DNA of 64,000 bases, taken from NCBI GenBank assembly GCA_030390025.1, contig CM059432.1:59026001-59090000 (forward strand). Reading direction: 5' to 3'. This stretch comes from Squalus acanthias. Lineage: Eukaryota. Made by a program: the position numbers and the translations under genes. Below, piece by piece: positions 37,765 to 50,660 of this stretch. Below the pieces are notes generated by a model. The model worked only from the letters and a program-made list of their open reading frames with translations. It was not told the DNA's origin and searched no databases. Position 1 is the stretch's first letter. Every line of letters begins with the position of its first letter.

Positions 37765-39299
37765 TAATGTAACAAAGTGGAGCAGTTTGATTTTTTTAAG
37801 AATAAATTTAGCTGCTTTTTAGTTGCCACAACACTCCTGATACTAAATAACGTTGAAATTACAGAATGAGACTGTTGCACTACGTGAAACTGACAAGAAA
37901 GCACTGAAACTCCACTAACCTGCAGCTGCGACTCATTACTGATGATCCCTTTAAATAACGTCCCTGGAGGTAGCTTCACACCAGCTCTCCCTGTCGCTGT
38001 TTCCTCCAAGCGCTAAGGTAGGTGGCGACAATCAATTTTGCAGATCGGGCAGTCAGTGAGCGTTGCACGCTCACTGATGTCACGATCACCTGCCGTTAAG
38101 GCGTTGGATTTGCCTTGCCCCGGCAATAATGCCCGTCTGCTGGTGCTAACGGGAGGCGCTATGGTTACGATTTTTTTCCCCTATGTATTTAATTAACTTA
38201 GCTTATATTTTAATTTTTTAACTAATTACTTGATCTAATTTAAGTTATAGGTAAATTAAATTAAATATTTACCTGTAACACAAAGTACTACAAGTATTGG
38301 AGGCAAAAAGCAGCACCTCCTTCCCCTCTGCTCCGAATTCACACTCTCTCCAAATTGCTGACTTAAACACTCTGTTTAGAAATACTCCGTTTAAGACCAC
38401 TCAGACCACAAATCAATGCTGCTGACTATTTGTGTACTGTATGATCAGCCAATAAAACTGCATCTATTCTCTCAACATATCTCAGTGTAGGCCCAGTTGG
38501 ATGGCTCAGGCTCTGTTTGCTTCATCCCGATGGCATAATAAAAGCTATTCAGTAAAGATCCTCATCATTAAACCAGAAGTATAACCGACAGTGATTTAGG
38601 AGTGTGCCTAATCGTTATTATTGGTATCTTTCCAAAGTATACAACAGCATTCTGTGAATCTCTATGCTACGCTAAAAAAAATATAAACACTGCATTACAG
38701 AAATGCTTACTACTATGTAAATGTTTAGAACCATTCTACCCATTTATTGTGATTAAACTGAAGGGTTATCAGCGGAAAAAGAGTTTCTTTCTGTTTGTAT
38801 TTAGTTAAGCAGTGGCGCTGTCATCTAGGACATTTTGCAGCTCTGAGGCACTCTGAGGCACATGCAAGCTGGCCGTGCGGAAGTGGCTATGGCCAAAGTG
38901 AGGTGCAGGTACTATGAGAAAAGAGGAGGTAAAGGTAATAGTTTGGAATCTTGTTCCGGTCCCATTCCTTATTTCCAACCATTTCTTACCTTTCCCCCAC
39001 CCCAATATAGTTTATTTATGGAATCATATTTATGAAGAAGAAAGCAATAAGGAAGAAGCACAAATTTTATTTGTTGGTTATTCCAAAACAGTGACAAAAA
39101 GCAACATCCTGAGCTTAACTCTCAAAGGTCAAAAGGGTATCCTGGTGTTCAAAACTTTATTTACAGAAAATGCAATATGCAGAATTTAATCAGTGAAGAC
39201 AAATAATTAATGTCAGCTTCAATGCATAAATAGCTTTATTTTATAAAATTCAACCACAAAATCAATACATAAGTAATTACAGTGTAACATAAACACACT

Positions 39300-40766
39300 T
39301 GGGGTCATTACAGTCAGTTCTACGGCAGGAGTGGCCTACACAGGATAGATGGCCTTCATCTAAACAAGGCTTAGGCCAATATGCTCATTGGTAGAGTAAC
39401 TAGTGCTGTGGAGGAGGGTTTAAACTAATATGGTAGGGAGGAGTAAAAAACAAGATGAGGAAGCAGAAAAGAAAGCAAAAGGGATGAATGTAAGAAACAG
39501 AAAAACAGGGAAGTTATAAAGAACAGATCAGAAGAGGGATTAAAACAAGTCAGATTGCTAAACGGACAGGCAGGTTTGAGGTGTATGTATGTAAAGCCAC
39601 AAAATACTCCAAATTAAATTTGGGAGCTAGAGACACTAATTGAGACGTAGCTTAGATTAGGGCATGACTAGGAGCTGAATTTCCTAATTGCAAAATATTA
39701 AGGGGAGACCGAGCAGAAATAAAGGGAAAGGAGTGGCAATGTTAATCAAAGATCCTCGTAGTAGAACTTAGGGATGATGTAGGGGTTGGTGCAAAAGCTG
39801 AATCTATTTGGCTCAAAGGAAGTACATTATAGAACAGCAAACATTGGAAATGAGATAAAGGAAGAGATTTGTAGAAAAATTAGAGAAAAATGCAGGAACA
39901 ACTGGGCCGTAATAATGGGTGACTTTAATTAAGTCAAAGATTGACTGATGTAAGAGTAATGTAAGTGGTAAAGAGGAGAGGGGTTTCTACAATATATTCA
40001 GAACAGCTTTATAGATCAGTGGGGTATAAATTCATTGGCATTCGGTTTTGGGCATGAAGGCGATGATGTGACAATAATTCGTGCCCAAACCAGGAGGCCC
40101 AAGGCTGGCCTGAAAATTGGGCCTCGGGCCTCATTAACATAAACCAGAGAGACTTAAGGGTTCTGGTGCACGCACCTTAAAAATGGGAGGACTACTTGAT
40201 ACAGACGTAGGGCACATGGATTTTTAAATAGGGCATAGAGCACAAAAGCAGAGATGTAATTCTAAACCTATACAAATAAGTATTGAGCCCTAATTTAGGA
40301 AGGATATCAAGAGGATGAAGTAGGTACAGAAGAGATTTACTAAGATGATACAAGGGATGAGAAAGGCTTTAGTTTAGTTATGAGGAGCGACCAGAGAAAC
40401 TGGGACTCTTTTCATTGCAGCAGAGAAGGTTAAGAGGAGATCTGACAAAAGTATAAAGGGTTTTAATAAGGTAAATAGGGAAATGTATTTCCACTGGTTG
40501 GTGACAATAACTGGAGGGTACGAATTCAAGATCATCATCAAAAAGATGAAAGGAGAGGTTAGAATATTTTTTTTTTATGTGGAAGGTTGTTAAGATACAG
40601 AATGCCCTACCAGAAACAGTGGTGGAAGCAGAACTATAATAAACTAATGGGAAGTGGATAAATAAATATTTGAAAGGGTATAGAAAAGGGCAGGAAAATG
40701 GAACTGAGTAGATAGCTCTTAGGCACGATATGTTGAATGGCCTCCATCCTTGCTGTAAAATTCTAC
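39300..40766 (+). mobile_element. Highly diverged, internally deleted CR1
   Basis: DGLHLN-like gatggccttcatctaaac, GDFN (ggtgactttaat) and C-terminal remnants. The tail attctatgattcta is split by the Harbinger at 40767. Confidence 0.7.
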
Positions 40767-42782
40767 GGCCTAGAAATTGGGCCAGTTATCGCCATGAGTT
40801 ATCAGCACGATCGGTTGAAAAATGGCGGCTGCCACACTTCTCTGGCGTGGGACACGGCGGTTGCCATTTTAGTGAGGGCCTTAGCGTTGCCAGTAGCAGT
40901 GCTGGTCCTGGATTTGTAAATTAAGAGAGGGTGACATCAGTCGGCATGCAACGCCGACTTAACGTCACCTCAGCAAACTTCGACCTTAGCGCTAAGTTCT
41001 ATTGAAGGAGTGGCTTGGTGCAATACATGTTAAAAGTTGTTAAAGTGTGCAGGGAGTGCTGCTGGATGCTTGCATGGCCTTGGATGGTAAAGGAAGGCCT
41101 CTGAGAAGACAGAAAATGCTGGAAATACTCAGCAGGTCAGGCAGCATCCGTGGAGAAACAGGTCGAGATGCTGCCTGACCTGCTGAGTGTTTCCAGCATT
41201 TTATGCTTTCATTTCAGATTTACAGCATCCGCTCACAGAAGGAAGAGGAAGTCGCAGAAGGAAAGATGCAACCCAGACAGCCCTTTTCTGGCCTGGGTAT
41301 CTCAGATGGAATCATCTGCTTGCAGTACCAGTGATCACAACCCCAATTTCCCTTTCAGTATTTGTCCCACACCTTACCTTCCCTCTGTTACTGACCATCA
41401 CAGCATCCTCTTGGCCACAATGCTGAAATAAAAGCCATCACAAAGCAAACTTTCCAATCCAACTTTATACATCTATCCATCCAATATGACATCAACAAAT
41501 CATCTAATCACCCTTATGCATTCCCTTAGTGACTGTCTTGTGTGTGCCTTTGCCTATCCTACTGATGTCATGCAGTGCTACCCCAGTGGCTGCAGCATAG
41601 CTGGTGAAAGGCTGCTGACTTTCAGTGGGGGACACTGCAAATGACCTTGAGGAGCTGCTGGCTGGGAGTGTGAAATTGAGTGACGGTGTTTCTTCTTCTT
41701 CCTCTTCACTCTCCTCTCCCTCTTCTTGGCCATCCACTGGCTGGGCAGGCTGCATTTCTTGGATGTGTGAAATGAGGAAGGCACAAGGGTGGAGTTGTGG
41801 TGAGGGGAGGGCGGAAAAGCAAGAGGTGCATGCGAGAAGGAAGATAACATATGAGGATACCAGCATCTTGTATCCTTTCTGGCCGCCGTTGGCCAAGGGT
41901 TCAGCCATGCCCCTGCCAAGAATGGCCAGCACCGTTTCCTCCAAGGGGGTGAGGTGAAGCTAAGAATGGGAGGTGCGCCTCATGTTTGGTACAGATTGTT
42001 GGTAGTTGAGTGATGGGGGTGGGCGGGCGGTGTTGAGCATTGAGAAGCATGTGAGGCTAGTGGTGCAGTTGGTAGGAAACGGCTTTTGAAGATGCATTCA
42101 CTGACCTTCACCACTGGTCTGAGGTCATGAAGCTTCTTTGGGCACCGGAGCCAGGTGGTGAGGTGACACTGCTGGCAGTGACGGCCTCGGTGATCTGGTC
42201 CCACATCCTTCTTTCTGGAGGGCCTCTGCCCCTGTGGGTGGAGGATCTCTCTTGCAGTGCTGACCCCCTGCACAAAGCTGGAGTGCTGCATGTGAGGCCC
42301 TGGGTGCCCCTTCCCTGGCTTGCTAAGCCATATGTGTCAGTGCTGAAGCACTTTTCCCATTTTTTTAGGTGCGGAAATGAATTCAGCTTTAAGAGCTGAA
42401 GACTCCCATTTGGGAATTCTTTTTAATGTTAATTTTTTTTCCAAAAGGCAGTTGAGCTGTAAGGGCTAAAAACTGCCTATTTTTACTTTTTACATTTCAG
42501 AAGGCACTGCCCCTTTAAGAAAGCGACAATGCTTTCTGAAATCACAGCCTCGCTTTCAGAAGGCTGTTCAGCTGTACTGATGCTTCGGCTACGCTACATT
42601 GGGGCCTCCTATCAGGACCAACATCACCAGGACGGGGTTGCACGGTGAGTTAAGCGCTAGGCTAATGTTAATTAGTCCCCAGCACCAATTATTTGGTCCT
42701 GCCAGCGCCACCATTTTCGGCAGCCGTTAACCCCTGGCCGCAGTGGCACCAGTAGCTTTTGGTGGTCATGAATTTCTAGGCC
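40767..42782. mobile_element. Internally deleted PIF/Harbinger transposon
   Basis: Perfect 12-bp TIRs GGCCTAGAAATT / AATTTCTAGGCC. TSD TAC/TAT. Myb/SANT remnants on minus (41504-42330). Confidence 0.85.
41108..41232. mobile_element. Penelope pLTR fragment in inverted-repeat arrangement
   Basis: 36-bp arms 41113-41148 and 41167-41202 (one mismatch), homologous to 6508-6545. Confidence 0.75.
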
Positions 42783-42956
42783 TATGATTCTACTTAGCTG
42801 CTCTCATTTGCATAAAACTGGTGGTGTCCTCAAAGACATCTGGACTGGTAGAAGTATTTCAGTCTGAAAGACAAAGCCTCAATACCCTTCATTCTTTTTC
42901 AAAACTATTCATAGCTGCTTTGGCATTGGGTAATGAACTACAATTTGAAGCATTAC

Positions 42957-43044
42957 CTGTCTTTCAACCTTGACAAATCTTCCCATCATACTTTGGTCTT
43001 CAGTCTCTGGATCAATTCTGATGGGTAATACATAAAGTAGAGCT
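42957..43044 (-). CDS. KCNQ3: KCNQ3 exon (88 nt), ALLYVLPIRIDPETEDQSMMGRFVKVERQ
   Basis: taacAG acceptor and cag|GTAATG donor. Phases join both neighbouring exons. Start of helix D. Confidence 0.95.
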
Positions 43045-43089
43045 CTGTTAACAGGGTAACAGGGGCTTCAAATGATTTAAGATACATAA

Positions 43090-43250
43090 ACTCCTGGAAC
43101 TCCCTCCCTAACAGCACTATGGGTGTACCTTCACCACACGGATTGCAGCGGTTCAAGGCGGCGGCTTACCACCACCTTCTCAAGGGAATTTAGGGTGGGC
43201 AATAAATGCTGGCCTTGCCAGCGACGCCCACATCCCATGAACAAATAAAA
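43090..43250 (+). mobile_element. L2/CR1-clade LINE 3' end fragment
   Basis: WNSLP-coding tggaactccctccctaacagcac...gcaataaatgctggccttgccagcgacgcccacatccc. Same family as 46216-46750 and 50360-50632. Confidence 0.7.
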
Positions 43251-44555
43251 ATGTGATAGTGATATTCAAAATATTTTACCATATTTCCTACAGCTCAATT
43301 TATCCCTCCTGTGACTTCTTTGTACAGTTATTGCACATAAAAGTTTTGCTATATTTAAAAAAGTTACAATGTTTATACTCTTGCCACTTAAGGGTAGATC
43401 ATGCTGAATCTATATATGTGTAGTCCCAGGAAGGCATCAGAAAAGAATAATGAGGCACTTTTTTCAAACATGACAAATAAATATTCAAATTTATCAGAAT
43501 TACTCCAGTTTGGTTCTGTTACCACTTTATACCACTTCTAATGATAAAAATGGAAAGATTGTTTTATAAGAATAATTAGGGGAAAAATGGGGATCTTGAA
43601 GTAGTTACTGAAATGTTAATTGATGGGAGTAGGTAGCTTCCATTATTACTGGTGTTCCACATACCACATAACTTATCCCAGTTTGGGAACCTATAAAAAT
43701 CCATGACTCTTCTGACACATTCCCACCGTAACTTCAGCAGGAATGCACTGGAAGGGCCAGAAATTAGGCCAAGACCCAGATATGTCGAGCCTGGCCTAAC
43801 ATGGGTGTTTCTGGATGGTCTTTGTACAAGATATATTCAAGAAGGAGTTAGATATATTTCTTAAGGCTAAAGGGACCAAGGGATATGGGGAAAAAGCAGG
43901 GACAGAGTACTGAATTTGGATGATCAGCCATGATCGCATTGAATGGCCTACTCCTGCTCCTATCTTCTATGTTTCTAAGTCTGTTGGAGTGGAGTTTCCA
44001 ACCTCCCAAAACTAGGCCATTGGTGTATTAAAAAACTTAAATGCAGCCCACTTACAAAGAGGGCCACCGAGCCTGCACCACTCAGCTTTTCCAGGAGTAG
44101 ATGCGGCCTAGCAAGTGTCCACTATAAAAAAGGCATGGTTTTCTTTTTTAAAAAACTTTCATCTGGAGCCAGGAGGAGCAGGAGTGCTCTCCCTGACTCC
44201 ACAGCACTCTTGAGGGCTGCTGACTGGCCCACAATCGCCCCCCACCCATTCTCCTTCCCCCTCACCCCTCCTATCTGAGCACATACCTGAGGCGCTAATG
44301 AATTTCTACCCCTTTGTTTTCATCATAAACTGACATTAAAAGGTACAATTGTGCAAGTGAGCAATGTGATCCTACAGAACAGCCAAAATAGTGATTTTGT
44401 TTCTGTGATCTCTACCCTGTGTAGGCGATGCAATCTAGAGGATTAATGAAGAATAATGTAAAAATATTATGTTACACAACTTGTTGATCACTGTTTGTAT
44501 AGTGCTATAATATTAGGCAAAGACATAAATTTGAATATATTCTTAAGTGCCTTAC

Positions 44556-44654
44556 TTAGGTGACTGTTGTAAAGGGTATACAAAACCTCCTTTTGGGTTT
44601 GATTTTTTCTGCTTGGGAGTTGATGGAGGTGCAGGAGCAAGAATCATATCAATC
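44556..44654 (-). CDS. KCNQ3: KCNQ3 exon (99 nt), [32 protein letters not shown]
   Basis: ttttttcAG acceptor and aa|GTAAGG donor. Matches human RIDMIFTPGPPSTPKHKK..QQSPR. Confidence 0.95.
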
Positions 44655-45239
44655 CTGAAAAAAGTGAAGAATGACAAATCGTCAAAACTCATTTTGTAAT
44701 TAGAGTAATTCTGCACATTTAAACTACTATTAGCTCCAAGTGAAATAACTCAATCAGCAAATGCTAGCAACTCATTCATTTAAAAGTAGTTCCAAAACAT
44801 TATGTTTATACCGTTAGTGATGTATCATACCAAGTAGAAAATAAGGAAAACCTTTGTAACGCTCCTTCTCCTCACCCATAAAATCAAAATTTTAAATTAT
44901 AATCTGACATTGCCATTTAACCATTTAAAGTTGTATCTTTGACATTATCAGCAGAGTTGTGAGTATTAGATTCATATAAAGATGCAATGTGACACCCAGC
45001 AGAATCAATGTTAATGGCCCAGAATACACGGCGTGCCACGTTAGTTAGATTTTTTTCCTCACCTTTCAGCTCGAAAAATGTTTGCAATGTAAATTGCTGG
45101 AAGTGCGAGCTGAATGGCATAGCGAGTTCAACTGGGCATCTGGGACCTTGGTGAATGATGGGACCAACAGTCTATCTACTTAACCAATGAGATTTAAGGA
45201 TAGAGAAAGAAACAGAGCGAATGACGGAGAAGGAAAGAG

Positions 45240-46215
45240 TGATATTTTTCTGGAGCGAGCAACCTGTCTCTCGCTTCGTCTTTGTAGTAATAGATGTCTC
45301 TCTGTTAGTTCACTTCAGTTCGCTTTGTTCTCTAACAACCTTTACCTAACAGATACAGAAAGCTGCCTTCAAAGGTACAGTGCATTAGGACAAGGAGTAA
45401 AACACCGAGTTAGCTTGTGACGCTGTAGCAGCCAATTGCAGGCAGAGAAAAGTATCACTTAACTTTATATGTGACCAAGATCAGACAAAGGTGAGAGTGA
45501 AGCCAGCTCAGGTATCGTCACTCGTGTTTAAGGTGGGTTCAGTCGGAACTGAAGATCTAAGTGAAATGGATAGCCCCGCTGCTGAAAAGGAGTTCATCGA
45601 CTCAACACTCCAGAAGCTAATGTCTATGCCCCAGGGAAGGAAGGAGATGACTCAACCACGTCGCTCATGAGGATGAGGTCATGCAAGCTCTGAACATCGT
45701 TAATCACATATAGGCTTCAGCTATTTGATAAAAAAGCTAGTCAAAGCTGTTAACTTGTCAGCTATTTTAGGAATTATACTTAAAGTAATCTCACCAATTT
45801 ATAACCTCATACTCTGGTCATTGCTATAGTTAGTGTTCAGCATCTGTTAGTGCGGACTTATAGTGCTACACTGAATTGCATATGTAACCGTTGCTATGAT
45901 TTGTTGCTCAACTGCTAGATAACCCTAATTACATTTATGCATGTCTATTCAGCTTTCATGTACACAACTTTAACTTTATTTGTAACCAATAAATAGTGTT
46001 TTGTACATGACTTGTGGTCTGGCTCCTTCCTTGATTAATTTGACAAGAGTCAGTTCACTCACTCAGCAGCTTTAATGTAACCTAATCAAGGTTAGTAAAC
46101 CTAATTCATTTTGATCCGAAATGGTTAGCGTAAGATGATACGGCGAGCTGAGTCTGGCATCATTCATCCCTAGACCTATGCTGGGAAGTAAAACCCCAGA
46201 TGGTTCCTTAGTACA
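45240..46215 (+). mobile_element. Probable solo LTR
   Basis: CpG-containing unique block with TATA-like gataaaaag (~45728), AATAAA (~45988) and a TTAGTACA end nearly inverse to TGTAGTAA at 45283. No TSD found and the left boundary is uncertain. Confidence 0.45.
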
Positions 46216-46750
46216 GATCCATCCACAACACAGCAGTCGCTTGGTCGGCACTCCTTCACCAGACTCCAGATCCACCCTATCCATCTCTGTGGCTGCAGTA
46301 TTTACAATCTACAGGATGCACTAGGCCAAATTACCAAGGCCACTCTAGCAGCAGCTCCCAGCCCTGTGACTTCTACCACTGGGAAGGACAAGAGAAGTAA
46401 TATCAGGGGAACACTATCATCTATAATAACAACAGAAAACGCTGGAAAAACTCAGCAGGCCAGGCAACATCCGTGGAGAGAGAAAGAGAGTTAACGTTTC
46501 AGGTCGAAACCCTTCGTCGGAACCCCTATCATCTATAAGTTCCTCTTCAAGTCACACACCATCTTGACTAGGACATATATCGCTGTTCCTTCACATTTTG
46601 GGTCAAAATCTTAAAATTCTCCACCTAAGACCATTATGGGAACACCATCAGCACAAAGACTGCAGCAATTTAGAGGCACCTCCTTCTCAGGTCTACTAAG
46701 GATGGCCAATAAATGTGGTCTCTCCAGCGTTACCCACATTCCGTGAATTT
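46216..46750 (+). mobile_element. Diverged L2/CR1-clade LINE 3' end
   Basis: Homologous to 43090-43250 and to the reverse complement of 50360-50632. Confidence 0.7.
46427..46525 (-). mobile_element. 99-bp Penelope pLTR-only insertion
   Basis: Reverse complement of 6454-6550. 13-bp TSD CTATCATCTATAA (46414-46426, 46526-46538). Confidence 0.88.
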
Positions 46751-46829
46751 TTTTTATACAAATGATTAAATTCAGACATTGAAAGATGTGCGCATTCTCA
46801 CTTTTATATGTTTGTTTTTCACCATTTAC

Positions 46830-46961
46830 CTTGACTGGAGATATTTTATTCTTGAAAGCATATCCAAATGTCCTGCTGAGTACTGTTCAATAACATCCTT
46901 CACATCATAAGGTCGTAAAGTCTCCTTGAATTTTTTCTTGGTGAGGAAAAATTTCATGATA
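46830..46961 (-). CDS. KCNQ3: KCNQ3 exon (132 nt), [43 protein letters not shown]
   Basis: cccttcAG acceptor and aag|GTAAAT donor. KCNQ helix B/C signature. Confidence 0.98.
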
Positions 46962-49900
46962 CTGAAGGGATAAAGGAGATGGTTTTTATTTCTCTTTCAC
47001 TGATTCAAGTACCAACTGTAAAAACAATCAGAGGCATCCAGCAGTCACTTATATTAGAAAAGTGTTTACTCTTCATAGGGTGCAACAAGAGAATATATAT
47101 ATTTTGTGCATGTTCTCAACCAACTTTCAACCATTTTATAATATTCATTTTTGAGAGTTAAAATGTGCAATTCCCCAGTGTTGTGACCGAAACAGCATCA
47201 ATCTTATCCAGCAGGTTTATTGTCATTTGGTAGAGTTTCACGGCCCAGAACTTGACAAGCTGAATATGCTTTTGCCTTTTCAACTCTAATAGTACGAGAT
47301 AGTAAAGGGCTGCATCAGAAAATATCAGCTGATAATTAGTTATTTTACTAAATCTGACAGGGCTAACCTCTAACCTTGCTCTCCAATGCAACCTTTCCTG
47401 TCTTTATTTTAGCAATATACTCCTATGGTTGGTATTCTTTCTTAATTCTCCTCTCTTGCTTCTCCTAAACTCTATGTTCACCATCCTACATTCTCTCTGC
47501 ATTCTCACTGTGTTCAAATCAAGACTCCTCACACCATCTTCTGCTCTAACCCATTTTTTCCTCAGTACCTCAAAACAGTGGAACTCCTTACCTCCATTCC
47601 TCCTAAAATCAAAGCTCTTAAACCCAGGTTTGGTGTCACCTAATTACTCATTTTTGATTTGTCTGATCTTTTCTTTTATTCTTTTCAAAATTGGTGGTGT
47701 CTTATATTTTAGCCCTTGGCCCTTTACCTAGCTCTCTCAATAAAAAGTTCCAAGCATCATTTTTCCTGTAATTACTGTACGGATTTCATCTGAATTGTAG
47801 GAATGTTTGGGCTTTACTCTAAAGTTAATATAAAGTACAATGAATCCAGCTGCTCTTACTCTTGCAGGATAAAGAAAGCTCTTTCTAAACTGCAGAAAGC
47901 GTACTTCTGTTCTCATACACATGCCAAAAAAGGAAAGCTCCTGGAGTCAGATTTTATCCACGGAATGATGCAACACAGTTATACCATTGTTTGGATGAAC
48001 TGCACCATGTAATTCAAGAAGTAATTGAGCAAAAAGCAATGTGATTTTTTTTCCTAAATAAAAGTTGCTCCCTGTAAAATGGTAATGTCTTGTCTTTCAT
48101 TTCTTACCTTTGAAAGTAAAGATAACATCTGCTTTTGAGAATTTGACTTTTAGCATGTTCAGATGTGGCTGTGTACCTTGCTTTCCCTTCATTTTGTCAG
48201 TAATATAATGTGAAAGCCAGGTGGTGTTGCACACTAAGTGCATCCAGATGAAGGTCACAAGTAAACAGATCACACACTTTAATCCTTCATGAACAAGAAT
48301 CCACAGTGGTATCATTCTTTCAGATTGGCAAGACTAGCTTTGAGAGTGCCAGCTGCACTACAAAGATTGGGCAAGTCTAAGCGACAACATCATCCTATAC
48401 CATATCTTGTTCTCTGCTAGGACCTCAAAACTATAAAGCTCCTCACCTTTCTCAGTTTCTCCCACAATCTGCAATCTTTTAAAACCCAACCTAACTCCTG
48501 CTACTTCATTTATCATAACTTCTCTCCTACTTTTTTGAATCATGTTGGCATCTTGCACCATGGGTCTTGGTGCTTTACCTAGGTTTCTCTTTTTTTTTTA
48601 AAACCATATAACCAGGTAACTTCAGTGATCCTACACTCCCAGTGTTGATCCAAGCTTAAAGCACAGGCACAACAACATACCTTTAGTTATCTATACTGCG
48701 ATCCCTTCAAGCACAGCTCAATGCTGGAAGTGTGGGAACTCTGAATTTACCCTATTGACATAGTTCTAAACCACACTTATCAGGAAGCTATTCAATTCTG
48801 GTTCGAGATAATAGAAACGGAATCTAGTCACTCAGTGTTGCACTTAATGCTACCTGGAGTCTGTTACTGTGTTGGGATGGTATTACTGATAATTACCAGG
48901 CTTTTTATTGTTTGCTCTTGGGATGTGGGCAACCCAGTACTTACTGCCCATTCCTAGTTGCCCCAAGGGCATTAAGAGTCAATCGCATAGCTTGGGACTG
49001 GAATCACATGTTAGCCAGACGAGGTAGGGTTGACTGGTTCTTTCCCTAAAGGACATTAGTGAGGTAATTGGATTTATATGACAGCTTTCATTCTTGTTTT
49101 ATCTGGTGCTTTATTGAATTCAATTTTATTATTTACATAGATGGGATTTGAAGTCCTCCAGTACCATAACGACTAGGTTACTGACCTTGATGTAGGCACT
49201 GTGGTTTCCCTTAGCACAGAAAATTCACACGAAGCATTACACTAATGCTGACACAATCCATATATTGAAAAGGAAAATTCCTGCCATAGGTGGTCAAATG
49301 ACCAGAGCGAGAGATCAGCTGACGGGAGTAACAGGGAATGCAAACTCTTTGTCCCCTGTTTTCCAGCTCAGCTCATCTCTGGGTTGTTTGGACAAGGGAA
49401 GGAGAGAGGAGAGGGAGGAGGAGAAGGACTGATGTTACCTGATAAAATCCACTGCAGTTTAAACCTCTGGGAATTGCACACAAGTGTCAACCCACACAGG
49501 TATGAGTCATAGGTTAAAAGGTTTAAGAGATTAATGCTTTTTGGCATCGATGCGTGTTAATGCGAGACAGAAGCCACTGCTGCGTCAATTATAATAAAAA
49601 CAAGCCAAAGTAGTAATGTATGGTAAAGATTGTGAAATTTTTGATGCAAATCCCCTCAAAGAGCAAATCTTAAATTCAAAGAAACTCCCGATGACGATAG
49701 GGTATCTCAGAGGAAGGACAAACATGAATCCTGACAGACTCTACTGCGTCTCTAGAGAAGTAGTAAACTGTAGAACTGAATGATTCTGTACACAGACACC
49801 CTGTATGATTGTGTGAAGACTCCCATTTTTTGCACTTCTCAGAACTCACTGCATAAAATAATTCTCCTTGTAATGACAAAAACTTTAATAAAAAGAAAAA

Positions 49901-50359
49901 TAATACAAAAAATAAATATAACAAATCAGGAATAAAAAATGGAAATTTTTCATCTGGCGTAAAATCATAGTGACTAACTCTGGTATTTTACATTATTCTA
50001 CACTTACATCTGAACTTGGCAGTCCTGGAGAAAAGGGACTGTGGCACTCAAAAGGGGAGAGCGTACTACCAAAGTCTGTCTTGAATTAGAGACCAGGTGG
50101 GTAGCACTGGGGCCTTATTACAGTATAAATGAAATGCTATGTTTTGACAGATGAGGTACACTTTCATTGACTGTGAATAACGTGACTTCAATTACTATTC
50201 ATGATATCATTTTATAGAAAGAAAGAACTATACCTACTGGATAGAAGCCACCCTCTTTTCCCAACATCAGAGTATGGGATCTAGATTGTTAAAGGATTAT
50301 TCTAAGGCCTTCATCCAGCTTAATTTGTGAAAAGCGATGGGAAAAAAAGTGCTTTTTTA

Positions 50360-50632
50360 AAAATTCATTCACGGGGATGTGGGTGTCGCTGGCAAGGCCA
50401 ACATTTATTGCCAATCCCTAATTGCCTTTGAGAAGGTGGTGGTGAGCCGCTTTCTTGAACTGCTGCAGTCTGTGTGGTGAAGGTACTCCCACAGTGCTGT
50501 TAGGTAGAAAGTTGCATGATTTTGACCCAGCGATGATGAAGAAACAGTGATATATTTCCAAGTTAGGATGGTGTGTGACTTGGAGGGGAACTTGGAGGTG
50601 GTGGTGATCCCATGCACATGCTGCCCTTGTCC
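50360..50632 (-). mobile_element. L2/CR1-clade LINE 3' end
   Basis: Reverse complement of the 43090 and 46216 family. Confidence 0.75.
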
Positions 50633-50660
50633 TTTTTTCCATTACTGTGGCAAGGCCTAC

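Larger units (their letters stand above)
34351..38181. mobile_element. Complete-structure PIF/Harbinger transposon (3.8 kb, two convergent genes)
   Basis: Degenerate TIRs GGGCTAGAAATT / GATTTTTTTCCCC. TSD TAT (34348-34350, 38182-38184). Myb/SANT gene on plus, DDE nuclease on minus. Confidence 0.88.
30315..38351 (-). mobile_element. Near full-length decayed CR1 LINE in the last KCNQ3 intron, split by a Harbinger insertion
   Basis: 3' tail at ~30315. RT ORFs 30992-32275, APE 32415-33325, ORF1 esterase (GDS, VHVGTND) 33550-34100. The 5' UTR continues at 38182-38351. Confidence 0.92.

Noticed and set aside
49676..49924. Alternative KCNQ3 exon after a long pyrimidine tract
   Set aside because: In the required phase it stops after about 9 codons, and there is no homology or donor support.
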